Source: Actinomycetes bacterium (lineage in GTDB: Bacteria; Actinomycetota; Actinomycetes; JAHEKZ01). From it: DNA of 37,199 bases. Position 1 is the first letter of the stretch. Each line of letters begins with the position of its first letter. The DNA is taken from positions 1 through 37,199 of the forward strand of contig DASUFV010000072.1 in NCBI GenBank assembly GCA_036274415.1, written 5' to 3'. The notes under the pieces are model-generated. The model had not been told where the DNA came from. It did not search any database and saw nothing but the letters and a program-made list of their open reading frames with translations. The position numbers were made by a program, and so were the translations under genes. This document shows positions 26,752-37,127 of the stretch, one piece after another.

Positions 26752-28710
26752 ATGTCGGCGGCCACGGTCGAGTCGGTGTTCCCCCGGCTCGAGGCCCTGC
26801 TCCCCAAGGTCAACAAGCCGATCCAGTACGTCGGCGGTGAGTTGAACGCGGTCAACAAACCGTGGGACGCCGCAACGGTCCGATGGGCGTTGATGTATCC
26901 GGACGCCTACGAGATCGGCGTGCCCAACCAAGGCGTCCAGATCCTTTACGAGGTGCTCAACGAGCAGCCGGACGTTCTGGCTGAGCGCACGTACTCGGTC
27001 TGGCCTGATCTCGAGCACCTCATGCGGCAGCACGGAGTGCCGCAGTTCACCGTCGACGCGCATCGCCCGGTTGCCGCGTTCGATGTGTTCGGCCTCTCGT
27101 TCGCCACCGAGCTCGGCTACACGAACCTGCTGACCGCCCTCGATCTCTCCGGAATCCCGCTGCATGCGGCCGATCGTGACGACACTCACCCGATCGTCGT
27201 GGCCGGTGGACATGCCGCATTCAACCCTGAGCCGATCGCCGACTTCATCGATGCCGCGGTGCTCGGCGACGGTGAACAGGTCGCGCTCGAGATCAGCGCC
27301 ATCATTCGCGACTTCAAAGCCGAGGGGTCACCAGGCGGACGCGACCAGCTGCTGCTGCGCCTCGCTCAGACCGGAGGCGTGTACGTCCCGGGCTTCTACG
27401 ACGTCGAGTACCTGCCGGACGGACGGATCAAGCGCGTTGTGCCCAACCGCCCCGGCGTTCCGTGGCGGGTCAGCAAGCACACCGTCACCGACCTCGACGC
27501 GTGGCCGTACCCGAAGAAGCCGCTCGTCCCCTTGGCCGAGAGCGTTCACGAGCGGGCGAGCGTCGAGATCTTCCGCGGTTGCACGCGCGGCTGTCGCTTC
27601 TGCCAGGCCGGCATGATCACCCGGCCGGTTCGCGAACGCAGCATCACTGGCATCGGTGAGATGGTCGAGCAGTCGCTGCAGGCGACCGGCTTCGAGGAGG
27701 TCGGTCTGCTGTCGCTGTCTAGTGCTGACCACTCAGAGATCAAGGACGTCGCCAAGGGACTCGCCGATCGCTACGAGGGAACCAACACCTCGCTGTCACT
27801 ACCCAGCACCCGCGTGGACGCGTTCAACATCGATCTGGCGAACGAGCTCAGCCGCAACGGCCGCAGGTCGGGTCTCACATTCGCCCCAGAGGGCGGCAGC
27901 GAACGCATTCGCAAGGTGATCAACAAGATGGTCACCGAAGAGGACCTCATTCGCACCGTCGCCACCGCATACGGCAGCGGCTGGCGCCAAGTGAAGCTCT
28001 ATTTCATGTGCGGGCTGCCAACCGAGACCGATGATGACGTGCTTCAGATCGCCGCACTCGCCCGCGAGGTCATCAAGACCGGTCGCGAGGTGTCAGGTCG
28101 CCGCGACATCAGGTGCACGGTCTCGATCGGTGGTTTCGTGCCCAAGCCGCACACGCCGTTCCAGTGGGCCGCCCAGCTCGACCACGAAACCACTGACGCT
28201 CGCCTCCTCAAGCTACGCAACGCGATCAGGGACGACAAGGACTACGCCAAGGCGATCGGATTCCGGTACCACGACGGCAAGCCCGGCATCGTCGAAGGAT
28301 TGCTCTCGCGGGGCGACCGGCGGGTAGGACGCGTGATCGAGGCGGTGTGGCGCGACGGCGGTCGCTTCGACGGGTGGAGCGAGCACTTCAGCTTCGAGCG
28401 GTGGATGCGTTGTGCGGACGCCGCACTCGCCGACGAACCGGTCGACGTCGATTGGTACACGACCCGCGAACGCGACTTCTCAGAGGTGCTGCCCTGGGAC
28501 CATCTCGACTCCGGTCTCGACAAGGACTGGCTGTGGCAGGACTGGCAGGACGCGCTCAGCGAGGTTGAGGTCGACGACTGCCGGTGGACGCCGTGCTTCG
28601 ACTGTGGGGTGTGTCCGCAGATGGGCACCGACATCGAGATCGGGCCCACCGGCAAGACCTTGTTGCCGCTCACCGCTGTCGGTGCGTCGGCCGACAAACT
28701 GCGCGCCTGA
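26752..28710 (+). CDS. Radical SAM protein with N-terminal B12-binding-like domain (TIGR03960-type), function unknown
   Basis: The product carries the CxxxCxxC cluster motif RGCTRGCRFCQAGM. I chose the ATG at 26752, with GGAGG 6 nt upstream. The track ORF starts at 26698, inside the repeat cluster. Confidence 0.87.
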   Translation: MSAATVESVFPRLEALLPKVNKPIQYVGGELNAVNKPWDAATVRWALMYPDAYEIGVPNQGVQILYEVLNEQPDVLAERTYSVWPDLEHLMRQHGVPQFTVDAHRPVAAFDVFGLSFATELGYTNLLTALDLSGIPLHAADRDDTHPIVVAGGHAAFNPEPIADFIDAAVLGDGEQVALEISAIIRDFKAEGSPGGRDQLLLRLAQTGGVYVPGFYDVEYLPDGRIKRVVPNRPGVPWRVSKHTVTDLDAWPYPKKPLVPLAESVHERASVEIFRGCTRGCRFCQAGMITRPVRERSITGIGEMVEQSLQATGFEEVGLLSLSSADHSEIKDVAKGLADRYEGTNTSLSLPSTRVDAFNIDLANELSRNGRRSGLTFAPEGGSERIRKVINKMVTEEDLIRTVATAYGSGWRQVKLYFMCGLPTETDDDVLQIAALAREVIKTGREVSGRRDIRCTVSIGGFVPKPHTPFQWAAQLDHETTDARLLKLRNAIRDDKDYAKAIGFRYHDGKPGIVEGLLSRGDRRVGRVIEAVWRDGGRFDGWSEHFSFERWMRCADAALADEPVDVDWYTTRERDFSEVLPWDHLDSGLDKDWLWQDWQDALSEVEVDDCRWTPCFDCGVCPQMGTDIEIGPTGKTLLPLTAVGASADKLRA

Positions 28711-29492
28711 TGGCCCGCCAACCACCTCAGCGCGACGTGGCGCCGCCGGTGCAGAAACTCCGGGTGCGGTACGCGAAGAGGGGCAGGTTGCGCTTCACCA
28801 GCCATCGCGACATCCAGCGTGCGCTCGAGCGGGCGCTCCGACGGGCGAGCGTCCCGATGGCGTACAGCGCCGGATTCACGCCGCACCCCAAGATCAGCTA
28901 CGCAGGCGCCGCCGCAATGGGCGCAGCCAGCGAGGCCGAGTACCTCGAGATCTCGGTCACCGAAAGGCTCGATCCGGAGCGGGTGCGTGCCGCGCTGGAC
29001 GCGGCCCTCCCGGCCGGCCTCGACGTGGTGGAGGTCGTGGAGGCCGGGCCGGGTGCCCTCGCCGACCGGCTCGAGGGGTCCGAGTGGTTGATCGAACTCC
29101 CCGAGCTCCCTTTGCCCGAAGTGTCGTCGGCGGCCCAGGCCCTGCTGGCCCAGCCAGCCGTGGAGGTGGAGCGGATGATGAAGTCTGGGCCTCGCAGATT
29201 CGACGCCAGGGGGCCGATCGTTCGACTCGCCGCTGAGCCTGGCCAGACGGGGTCGGGCACCCCCTGTGCGATACTTCGGATGGTGGTACGGCATGCCACA
29301 CCCGCCGTGCGACCCGACGACGTCCTCACCGCCCTGCGACAGGTTGCGGGCCTGACGCCGCCGGTCCCGCCTCTGGTGACTCGGCTGGCGCAAGGTCCCC
29401 TCGACCAGGAAAGCGGTCAGGTGGCTGATCCTTTGGCCGCCGATCGCGCCAGCGTTGCCGGCGCCGTCGAGGCCGATCCGCAGCCGCGGTGA
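28710..29492 (+). CDS. Radical SAM-associated protein (TIGR03936 / DUF2344-type), function unknown
   Basis: The product begins MARQPPQRDVAPPVQKLRVRYAKRGRLRFTSHRDIQRALERALRRASVPMAYSAGFTPHPKISYA... Its ATG overlaps the upstream TGA by 1 nt (TGATG). The family name comes from recall. Confidence 0.78.
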   Translation: MARQPPQRDVAPPVQKLRVRYAKRGRLRFTSHRDIQRALERALRRASVPMAYSAGFTPHPKISYAGAAAMGAASEAEYLEISVTERLDPERVRAALDAALPAGLDVVEVVEAGPGALADRLEGSEWLIELPELPLPEVSSAAQALLAQPAVEVERMMKSGPRRFDARGPIVRLAAEPGQTGSGTPCAILRMVVRHATPAVRPDDVLTALRQVAGLTPPVPPLVTRLAQGPLDQESGQVADPLAADRASVAGAVEADPQPR

Positions 29493-29570
29493 CGCCCGAC
29501 CGACTGCCCCACTGGGGCCGAAGACTTTGCCTGGGCCGTCCAGCGGCACAGGGTGACGGGAGCAACCCGG

Positions 29571-31961
29571 ATGCTCGACAACGAGCCCACCACAGATACG
29601 ACCACGACCGAATCAACCTCAGCCGCACCACGCACCAGGCGCCGCGCAGCCGCCCGACCCGCCGGCCCGCCCAGCGCCTCGGCCGCATCCGGAACCGACG
29701 CTGCGGCTGACACCAGCTCGGCTGACGCGAGTGGTGCACCACCAGCGCAGAAGGCGACCAAGAAGAGCACCAAGAAAACCGCTGCGAAGAAGACCGCGAA
29801 GAAGTCGGCCACCACCAAGGCAGGCGGCAAGGCCGACGAGGCAAGCGCGGCGGAGTCGACGACTGCGTCGAGCAGCAAGAAGGCCGCGCCGTCCCCAGCG
29901 CCGCTCTTTCAGGCTCCTGACGTGCCGCCAGCAAGCAGCGAGTCTGCTGGCGAGTCCTCGGGAACTGCCAAGAAGACCACGAAGAAAGCCGCGAAGTCGG
30001 CCGCCAAGAAGACCGCAAAGAAGGCTGCGACCAAAGGCGCGACCGCCAAGGACGCCGGTGCGAAAGACCCGGACGCGGAGGATTCCGGCTCGGCCGAGTC
30101 CGGCGACGGAGCAGCCGACGATGACAGCGGCACGCGCCGTCGTCGTCGCAGGGGTGGACGTGGCCGCAGCAAGAAGTCGACGGCAGCCGCCGAGGGCTCA
30201 GACGACGCGACCGACTCCGACGACAGTGACGCCGCATCCGGTGAAGAGTCGGAGACCGAAGGCCCGTCCTCACGCCGACGCCGCCGACGCCGTCGCAGGG
30301 GCACCGGTGGTGACGGCGAGAGCTCGGACGATCCGGAGCGCACCGTCGTGCACGTGCGCGAGCCGCGCAAGGCGTCCGACGAGATCTCCGGCTTCAAAGG
30401 ATCGACGCGCCTCGAGGCCAAGAAACAGCGCCGCCGGGAAGGTCGCGAGCAAGGCCGGCGTCGTCCGCCAATCCTGACCGAGTCCGAGTTCCTGGCCCGC
30501 CGCGAAGCCGTCGACCGAGTCATGGTCGTGCGGCAGAGGGGCGACCGCACCCAGATCGCCGTGCTCGAGGACGACGTCCTCGTCGAGCACTACGTCGCGC
30601 AGAGGTCGGCGACCACGATGGTCGGCAATGTCTACCTCGGCAAGGTGCAGAACGTCCTTCCGAGCATGGAGGCCGCATTCGTCGACGTGGGACGCGGTCG
30701 CAACGCCGTGCTGTACGCCGGTGAAGTCAACTGGGACGCCGCAGGTCTCGACGGTCAGCCGCGCCGGATCGAGCACGCCATGAAGTCGGGCGGCTCGGTG
30801 CTCGTGCAGGTCACCAAGGACCCGATCGGTCACAAGGGCGCCCGGCTCACCGCGCAGGTGTCGCTGCCAGGTCGCTACCTGGTCTTCGTCCCCGACGGCT
30901 CGATGACAGGGATCAGTCGCAAGCTGCCCGACACCGAGCGATCGCGCCTGAAGTCGATCCTCAAGAAGATCGTCCCGGACGACGCCGGCGTCATCGTGCG
31001 AACGGCCGCCGAAGGCGCGAGCGCTGAAGAGCTGCAGCGGGACGTCGACCGATTGACCGCACAATGGGAGACGATCAGCAAGGCGGCGGAGACCGCCAAC
31101 GCACCTGCCCAGCTGTATGAAGAGCCGGATCTGACGATCCGAGTGATCCGCGACGTCTTCAACGAAGACTTCTCGTCGTTGGTCGTCGAAGGCGACGAGG
31201 CGTGGGAAACGATCGAGGCGTATGTGTCACAGGTCGCGCCCGACCTCACCGAGCGCCTCAGCAAGTGGACGGGCACCGAGGACGTCTTCGCCGCTCGTCG
31301 GATCGATGAGCAGCTCACCAAGGCGCTCGACCGCAAGGTGTGGTTGCCCAGTGGTGGCTATCTGATCATCGACAGCACCGAAGCGATGGTGGTTGTTGAC
31401 GTCAACACCGGCAAGTTCACCGGCTCCGGCGGCAACCTCGAAGAGACCGTCACCAAGAACAACCTCGAGGCGGCCGAAGAGATCGTGCGCCAGCTTCGAC
31501 TGCGCGACGTCGGCGGCATCATCGTGATCGACTTCATCGACATGGTGCTCGAGAGCAACCGTGAGCTGGTGCTCCGGCGTCTCGTCGAGTGCCTGGGACG
31601 CGACCGCACCAAGCACCAGGTGGCCGAAGTGACCTCGCTCGGTCTCGTCCAGATGACGCGCAAGCGGGTGGGCCAGGGCCTCCTGGAAGCGTTCTCGACC
31701 CCGTGCGAGCACTGCGGCGGACGCGGTCGGCACATCTCGCTCGAGCCGGTCGAAGCCAAGAAGGCGGCCGACGGCAAGCGCAGCGACGATCGTGGGCAGC
31801 GGCGACGCGGCAGAAAGGCGGCGGCTCCGGAGATCGATCCAGAGGTCGCAGCACGCGAGGCAGCTGCCCGCGAGGCCCTGGCGAAGGTGGCCGTCGCGAC
31901 CGTCGGGGCGCATTCTGAGCCCGCTGAGGAAGGGCCCGAGCCTGAGGAGACCCTGGTTTGA
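29571..31961 (+). CDS. rne: Ribonuclease E/G family endoribonuclease with long disordered N-terminal region
   Basis: The S1 domain contains VGNVYLGKVQNVLPSMEAAFVDVG. The catalytic core contains IDSTEAMVVVDVNTGKF and GGIIVIDFIDM. The Zn-link motif is CEHCGGRG. I prefer the ATG at 29571, with GGGAG 8 nt upstream. The GTG at 29553 is an alternative. Confidence 0.9.
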   Translation: MLDNEPTTDTTTTESTSAAPRTRRRAAARPAGPPSASAASGTDAAADTSSADASGAPPAQKATKKSTKKTAAKKTAKKSATTKAGGKADEASAAESTTASSSKKAAPSPAPLFQAPDVPPASSESAGESSGTAKKTTKKAAKSAAKKTAKKAATKGATAKDAGAKDPDAEDSGSAESGDGAADDDSGTRRRRRRGGRGRSKKSTAAAEGSDDATDSDDSDAASGEESETEGPSSRRRRRRRRRGTGGDGESSDDPERTVVHVREPRKASDEISGFKGSTRLEAKKQRRREGREQGRRRPPILTESEFLARREAVDRVMVVRQRGDRTQIAVLEDDVLVEHYVAQRSATTMVGNVYLGKVQNVLPSMEAAFVDVGRGRNAVLYAGEVNWDAAGLDGQPRRIEHAMKSGGSVLVQVTKDPIGHKGARLTAQVSLPGRYLVFVPDGSMTGISRKLPDTERSRLKSILKKIVPDDAGVIVRTAAEGASAEELQRDVDRLTAQWETISKAAETANAPAQLYEEPDLTIRVIRDVFNEDFSSLVVEGDEAWETIEAYVSQVAPDLTERLSKWTGTEDVFAARRIDEQLTKALDRKVWLPSGGYLIIDSTEAMVVVDVNTGKFTGSGGNLEETVTKNNLEAAEEIVRQLRLRDVGGIIVIDFIDMVLESNRELVLRRLVECLGRDRTKHQVAEVTSLGLVQMTRKRVGQGLLEAFSTPCEHCGGRGRHISLEPVEAKKAADGKRSDDRGQRRRGRKAAAPEIDPEVAAREAAAREALAKVAVATVGAHSEPAEEGPEPEETLV

Positions 31962-32118
31962 CCGGTGAGCGGGGCACTCCGTACCCTGGTGCCTCGGCGC
32001 GCTGGAGCGGTGGATCACGCCTGAGGCCCCCTTCGAACCGCGCAGATCATTGACCAACGCGAGGTTGACCTCGCACGAATGGGTCGCTGCCGCCTGGTGG
32101 TGACGTGAGGAGACCGCG

Positions 32119-32433
32119 GTGTACGCGATTGTCCGCGCCGGCGGCCGTCAGGAGAAGGTCGCTGTCGGCGACGTCGTCCGGATCGACTCGGTCGACGGGG
32201 AACCAGGCAGCACGCTCACGCTTCCAGCTGTGCTGGTCGTGGACGGCGACAAGGTCACGAGCGACGCGAAGGCCCTGGCGGGCGTCACGGTGAGCGCCGA
32301 GGTGGTTGGCACCACCAAGGGCCCCAAGATCACGATCATGAAGTTCAAGAACAAGACCGGTTACCGCAAGCGCCAGGGACACCGCCAGAAGTACACCGAG
32401 GTCAAGATCACCGACATCGCTGCGGGGAAGTGA
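32119..32433 (+). CDS. rplU: 50S ribosomal protein L21
   Basis: The product begins [20 protein letters not shown] and contains ...[23 protein letters not shown]. The start is a GTG preceded by GAGGAG. Confidence 0.96.
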   Translation: MYAIVRAGGRQEKVAVGDVVRIDSVDGEPGSTLTLPAVLVVDGDKVTSDAKALAGVTVSAEVVGTTKGPKITIMKFKNKTGYRKRQGHRQKYTEVKITDIAAGK

Positions 32434-32442
32434 GAGACGACC

Positions 32443-32697
32443 ATGGCACACAAGAAGGGCGCGTCCTCAACGCGCAACGGCCGTGACTCCAACGCCCAGC
32501 GACTCGGCGTGAAGCGCTTCGGCGGCGAGGTCGTGAACGCGGGCGAGATCATCGTTCGTCAGCGCGGCACGCACTTCCACCCGGGCCGCAACGTCGGGCG
32601 CGGCGGCGACGACACGCTGTTCGCGCTGTCTGCCGGAGCGGTCGAGTTCGGCACGCGTCGCGGACGCCGGGTCGTCAACATCGTCCCAGCGGAGTAG
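32443..32697 (+). CDS. rpmA: 50S ribosomal protein L27
   Basis: The product begins [48 protein letters not shown]. Confidence 0.97.
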   Translation: MAHKKGASSTRNGRDSNAQRLGVKRFGGEVVNAGEIIVRQRGTHFHPGRNVGRGGDDTLFALSAGAVEFGTRRGRRVVNIVPAE

Positions 32698-32740
32698 TAC
32701 TCGACTCAGCCAGAGCGGCCACGAGCAGCTGCCACGACTT

Positions 32741-32780
32741 CGGCCTCGCCCGTTCTCGGGTGAGGCCGTTCGTGTGTTCG
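32741..32780 (+). terminator. Probable intrinsic terminator after rplU-rpmA
   Basis: CGGCCTCGCCCG (32741-32752) and CGGGTGAGGCCG (32757-32768) form a 12-bp stem with one G-U pair and a TTCT loop. A T-rich tract, TTCGTGTGTTCGG, follows. Confidence 0.55.
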
Positions 32781-32816
32781 GTTCGTGTGTTCGCTAGGTA
32801 GGAGAGGCAGGTCGAC

Positions 32817-34187
32817 ATGGGTGCGACGTTCGTCGACCGTGTCGCGCTTCACGTCGCGGGTGGACGCGGAGGCAATGGCTGCGCCTCGATCCATCGTGAG
32901 AAGTTCAAGCCGTTCGGCGGTCCCGACGGTGGCAACGGCGGGCGGGGCGGTGACGTCGTCCTCGTCGTCGATCGCAACGTGACGACGTTGCTCGACTACC
33001 ACCACAGCCCTCATCGCAAGGCCGGTCACGGTAAGCCAGGCATGGGTGGACACCGCAACGGTTCAGACGGTGAAGACCTCGTGTTGCCGGTGCCGGACGG
33101 AACGGTGGTCACGACTCCAGATGGCGACGTCATCGTCGACTTGGTCGGCGAGGGGACGCGCTGGGTCATCGCTCCCGGCGGAGCTGGCGGTTTGGGAAAC
33201 GCAGCGCTCGCGTCACCACGGCGCAAGGCACCCGGCTTTGCGTTGCTCGGCGAGCCCGGCGTCGAGGCCGACATCGTGCTCGAGCTGAAGTCGGTCGCGG
33301 ATGTCGGTCTCGTGGGGTTCCCGAGTGCCGGCAAGTCGAGCATCGTCGCGGCGGTATCCGCAGCGCGGCCGAAGATCGCCGATTACCCCTTCACCACGCT
33401 GATTCCGAACCTCGGAGTGGTCGAAGCCGGGTCGGTGCGCTTCACCATCGCCGACGTTCCAGGGCTCATTCCCGGCGCGAGTGAGGGCAAGGGCCTGGGG
33501 CATGAGTTCCTACGCCACATCGAGCGTTGTGCCGTGCTGGTGCACGTACTCGACTGCGCCACGCTCGAGCCCAACCGTGACCCGGTGACCGATCTGCAGG
33601 TGCTCGAAGACGAACTGGCTGCACACGGGGGGCTCAGCGATCGGCCTCGGGTGATCGCCCTGAACAAGATGGACGTCCCCGAAGCGCGGGAACTGGCCGA
33701 AATGGTCCGCCCCGACCTGGAATCACGCGGCTGGCCCATCTTCGAGATCTCAGCGGTGAGCCACGAGGGCCTGCGTGAGCTGTGCTTCGCTCTGGCCGAC
33801 ATCGTCGCGAGCCACCGCGCCGCAGCGCCCGAGCCGGAAGCGACCCGCATCGTGCTACGACCGACCCCCGTCGACGAGAAGGGATTCACCGTCGAGGTCG
33901 AGGACGGTCGGTTCCGCGTCCGTGGAACGAAACCCGAACGCTGGGTCCGGCAGACCGACTTCAGCAACGATGAAGCCGTGGGCTATCTAGCTGACCGCCT
34001 CGCTCGCTTGGGCGTCGAGGAGCAGTTGCTCGAGCTCGGCGCACAACCGGGCGCAGAGGTGGTCATCGGGAGTGACGAGGACGGCGTCGTGTTCGACTTC
34101 GCACCTCACGTCGATGCGGGCGCCGAGCAGTTGAGAAGTCCGCGTGGCACAGACCGTCGGGTCGAGGCGTGGGAGCGTGAGCAGTGA
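32817..34187 (+). CDS. obg: GTPase Obg/CgtA
   Basis: The Gly-rich Obg fold is [33 protein letters not shown]. The G1 motif is GFPSAGKSS and the G4 motif is NKMD. A C-terminal extension domain is present. Confidence 0.95.
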   Translation: MGATFVDRVALHVAGGRGGNGCASIHREKFKPFGGPDGGNGGRGGDVVLVVDRNVTTLLDYHHSPHRKAGHGKPGMGGHRNGSDGEDLVLPVPDGTVVTTPDGDVIVDLVGEGTRWVIAPGGAGGLGNAALASPRRKAPGFALLGEPGVEADIVLELKSVADVGLVGFPSAGKSSIVAAVSAARPKIADYPFTTLIPNLGVVEAGSVRFTIADVPGLIPGASEGKGLGHEFLRHIERCAVLVHVLDCATLEPNRDPVTDLQVLEDELAAHGGLSDRPRVIALNKMDVPEARELAEMVRPDLESRGWPIFEISAVSHEGLRELCFALADIVASHRAAAPEPEATRIVLRPTPVDEKGFTVEVEDGRFRVRGTKPERWVRQTDFSNDEAVGYLADRLARLGVEEQLLELGAQPGAEVVIGSDEDGVVFDFAPHVDAGAEQLRSPRGTDRRVEAWEREQ

Positions 34188-35359
34188 CGCCGTCGAGGAA
34201 GGCGCCGACGTCTCGTTCCGCCTCGGTGGGCCAGGCCAAGCGCATCGTCGTCAAGGTGGGGTCCACGTCGCTCACGACCGACAGCGGCGGCATCGACGAG
34301 GCAAAGGTCAAGCGCCTGGTGGATGCACTGGCCGAGCGCAGGGCGTCCGGCGTCGAAGTCGTCCTGGTGACGTCTGGTGCCATCGCGGCCGGGCTCGAAC
34401 CGCTTCGGCTGCGCCGTCGCCCCCGTGACCTGGCGACGCAGCAAGCCGCGGCAAGTGTTGGCCAGGGGTTGCTCATGCACCGCTACACCGAGGCGTTCGC
34501 CGCGCATGGGGTGACCGTAGGACAGGTGCTGATGACGGCTGAGGACGTCATCAGGCGCTCGCACTACCGCAACGCTCAGCGGACTCTCTACCGGTTGCTC
34601 GAGATGGATGCGCTCCCGATCGTCAACGAGAACGACACCGTCGCCACCGACGAGATCCGCTTCGGTGACAACGATCGGCTCGCTGCCCTTGTGGCGCACC
34701 TGGTCCATGCCGATCTTTTCGTCATGTTGTCCGACGTCGACGCCCTGTACGACGCCCCGCCCTCACGTAAAGGCGCCAGCCGCATCGCAGAGGTAACTGA
34801 GCCATCGCAGCTCGACGCGGTCGATCTGGGACGTCAAGGCTCCCAGGTGGGGACCGGCGGAATGGTCACCAAGGTCGCCGCGGCGCGAATCGCAACAGGT
34901 GCGGGCATTCCGGTCGTGCTGGCCCACGCTGATGCAACGAAGCGGGCGCTGGCAGGTGACGACGTCGGCACCTGGTTCGCGCCGACGGGTCGTCGCATTC
35001 CGACCCGGCTGCTGTGGCTGGCGCATGCCGCTACGCCGCACGGCCGGCTGACCCTCGATGCCGGAGCCGTTGTTGCCGTGGTCGAGCGGCGCGCGTCTCT
35101 GCTGCCCGCTGGGGTGACTGGCGTCGACGGCTCTTTTGTCGCAGGCGACCCTGTTGACCTGGTTGATCAAAATGGCCACGCCGTCGCTCGCGGACTGGTG
35201 AACTTTGACGCGAAGGAGCTGCCCCCGTTGCTCGGCAGGTCGACTCGTGAGCTGGCCGAGCAGTTGGGGACTGCCTACGAACGTGAGGTCGTGCACCGCG
35301 ACGACCTCGTAGTGCTGGGACGAGGCCCCGACGGGGCGGAGGCGAGCCGAGGTGCCTGA
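34184..35359 (+). CDS. proB: Glutamate 5-kinase (with C-terminal PUA domain)
   Basis: The product contains [12 protein letters not shown]...[11 protein letters not shown]...[21 protein letters not shown]. The GTG at 34184 forms a GTGA overlap with the obg stop. A later in-frame GTG start is possible. Confidence 0.92.
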   Translation: MTPSRKAPTSRSASVGQAKRIVVKVGSTSLTTDSGGIDEAKVKRLVDALAERRASGVEVVLVTSGAIAAGLEPLRLRRRPRDLATQQAAASVGQGLLMHRYTEAFAAHGVTVGQVLMTAEDVIRRSHYRNAQRTLYRLLEMDALPIVNENDTVATDEIRFGDNDRLAALVAHLVHADLFVMLSDVDALYDAPPSRKGASRIAEVTEPSQLDAVDLGRQGSQVGTGGMVTKVAAARIATGAGIPVVLAHADATKRALAGDDVGTWFAPTGRRIPTRLLWLAHAATPHGRLTLDAGAVVAVVERRASLLPAGVTGVDGSFVAGDPVDLVDQNGHAVARGLVNFDAKELPPLLGRSTRELAEQLGTAYEREVVHRDDLVVLGRGPDGAEASRGA

Positions 35360-35762
35360 CCTGAGGGTGGTGTCAGACGACGAAGGCGGTGAAGCCCCGT
35401 CGCGTCGGATGTGGCACGTCGTGATCACGACTGCCGGCCCGGCACTGCCCGCTGAAGAGGTCCGCGAGGCACTCGAGCGGCTCGCCGAGCGGCATCAGTT
35501 CCTGCTGTCCGCACGCTACGCGTCCGATCGGGCAGAGGTGCGGTACTGGGACGAGAGCGACCATGTCCGCGACATCGCCGCCCGAGCGTTCTCGGTTTGG
35601 GGCGACTACAGCGAGATTGCGGCGCTGCCACCGTGGGAGGTCGTCGGACTCGAGGTCATCGAGCGCGACGCGTTTCACGCTCGCATGGGCGGCCGTCCCG
35701 GACGTCGTGCCAGTGACCCGGATGCGACGGGGCTGGCGTCCGGCAACATTCACCCGTTCTGA
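35352..35762 (+). CDS. Hypothetical protein (136 aa; no family recognised)
   Basis: The ORF is GC3-rich. Its GTG at 35352 has GGAGG 9 nt upstream and overlaps the proB end by 8 nt. The ATG at 35409 (MWHVVITTAGPALPAEEVREALERLAERHQF...) is an alternative start. Confidence 0.6.
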   Translation: MPDLRVVSDDEGGEAPSRRMWHVVITTAGPALPAEEVREALERLAERHQFLLSARYASDRAEVRYWDESDHVRDIAARAFSVWGDYSEIAALPPWEVVGLEVIERDAFHARMGGRPGRRASDPDATGLASGNIHPF

Positions 35763-35804
35763 GTGCTTCGTGGGCTTCAGGGGCGAGGCCCGTACGCTTG
35801 AGAG

Positions 35805-37127
35805 ATGAGTACAGCAATGAGCGGCACGAATGACGTGAGCGCCGCCGCGCCGGTGGCGACTGGCGAACGCGATGCCGTGCTGGACGCCGCACGGCGAGCA
35901 CGGCAGGCGTCGACGGTGTTGGCGCCCGCGACCCGCGCCACAAAGGATGCTGCCATCCGGGCGATGGCCGATGCGATCGACGCGCGCGCCGCCGAGGTCG
36001 TCGCCAAGAACCGGGAAGACGTCGACCGCGCCGTGGCGTCCGGCACCGCTTCCGGACTCGTCGACCGGCTCACGCTGACACCGGAGCGACTCAGTGCAAT
36101 CGCTGACGCGTTGCGTGACGTCGCCGAGCTGCCCGACCCGGTGGGCGAAGTCGTGCGCGGTTACACGCTGCCGAACGGGCTAGAAGTGCGTCAGCTTCGA
36201 GTGCCGCTTGGAGTCGTGGGAATCATCTACGAGGCTCGACCCAACGTCACCGTTGACGCTGCTGGTCTTGGGCTCAAGTCCGGCAACGCGGTGCTGCTGC
36301 GCGGCTCGTCGTCAGCGTTCGCGTCGAACACTGCGCTCGTTGCCGTGATGCAGGACGCGCTCGAGTCATGCGGCCTGCCCCGCGACTCGGTCCAGCTGGT
36401 GCCGGGAACGACGCACGAGGCTGCCAAGCACTTGATGACCGCGCGTGGCCTCGTTGACGTGTTGATTCCCCGAGGTGGGGCGAGCCTGATCAGATCCGTC
36501 GTCGAAGAATCGACTGTTCCAGTGATCGAAACGGGCGTCGGCAATTGTCACGTGTACATCGATGCAGATGCCGACATCGACAAGGCGGTACGACTGCTCG
36601 TCAACTCCAAGACTCAACGCACGAGCGTGTGCAACGCCGCCGAGACGTTCCTCGTCCACGCTGACGTAGCCGATGCGTTCTTGCCCAAGGCTTTGGCGGC
36701 GTTGAAGGACGCCGGTGTCACCGTCCATGGTGACGCCCGCATGCGCGAGTTCGCGGCGTCCAGCGGTGTCACGTTCGCCAACGTGACCGATGACGACTGG
36801 GCAGCGGAGTACTACTCGCTGGACATCGCCGGTGGCGTGGTCGACTCACTCGACGACGCTGTTGATCACATCAGGCGCTGGTCGACCGGGCACACCGAGG
36901 CGATTGTCACCGAGAACCAGACGGCGGCCAGGGCGTTCGTGTCGCAGGTGGACGCCGCCGCGGTGATGGTGAACGCGTCCACCCGGTTCACCGACGGCGG
37001 GGAGTTCGGCTTCGGGGCCGAGATCGGAATCAGCACCCAGAAGCTGCATGCCAGGGGTCCCATGGGGCTGACCGAGCTGACCAGCACGAAATACGTCGTG
37101 ACAGGTGAAGGACAGATCAGGGAATAG
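35805..37127 (+). CDS. proA: Glutamate-5-semialdehyde dehydrogenase (gamma-glutamyl phosphate reductase)
   Basis: The product contains [34 protein letters not shown] and the catalytic Cys context [14 protein letters not shown]. It ends ...[16 protein letters not shown]. Confidence 0.95.
   Translation: MSTAMSGTNDVSAAAPVATGERDAVLDAARRARQASTVLAPATRATKDAAIRAMADAIDARAAEVVAKNREDVDRAVASGTASGLVDRLTLTPERLSAIADALRDVAELPDPVGEVVRGYTLPNGLEVRQLRVPLGVVGIIYEARPNVTVDAAGLGLKSGNAVLLRGSSSAFASNTALVAVMQDALESCGLPRDSVQLVPGTTHEAAKHLMTARGLVDVLIPRGGASLIRSVVEESTVPVIETGVGNCHVYIDADADIDKAVRLLVNSKTQRTSVCNAAETFLVHADVADAFLPKALAALKDAGVTVHGDARMREFAASSGVTFANVTDDDWAAEYYSLDIAGGVVDSLDDAVDHIRRWSTGHTEAIVTENQTAARAFVSQVDAAAVMVNASTRFTDGGEFGFGAEIGISTQKLHARGPMGLTELTSTKYVVTGEGQIRE

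Noticed and set aside
31962-32118. A possible ribosomal-protein leader or promoter upstream of rplU (two TTGACC hexamers and a GCGAGG/CCTCGC hairpin).
   Set aside because: No -10 element at proper spacing could be paired convincingly. The Firmicute L21-leader architecture is not recognisable. The evidence is too weak to report as a feature.
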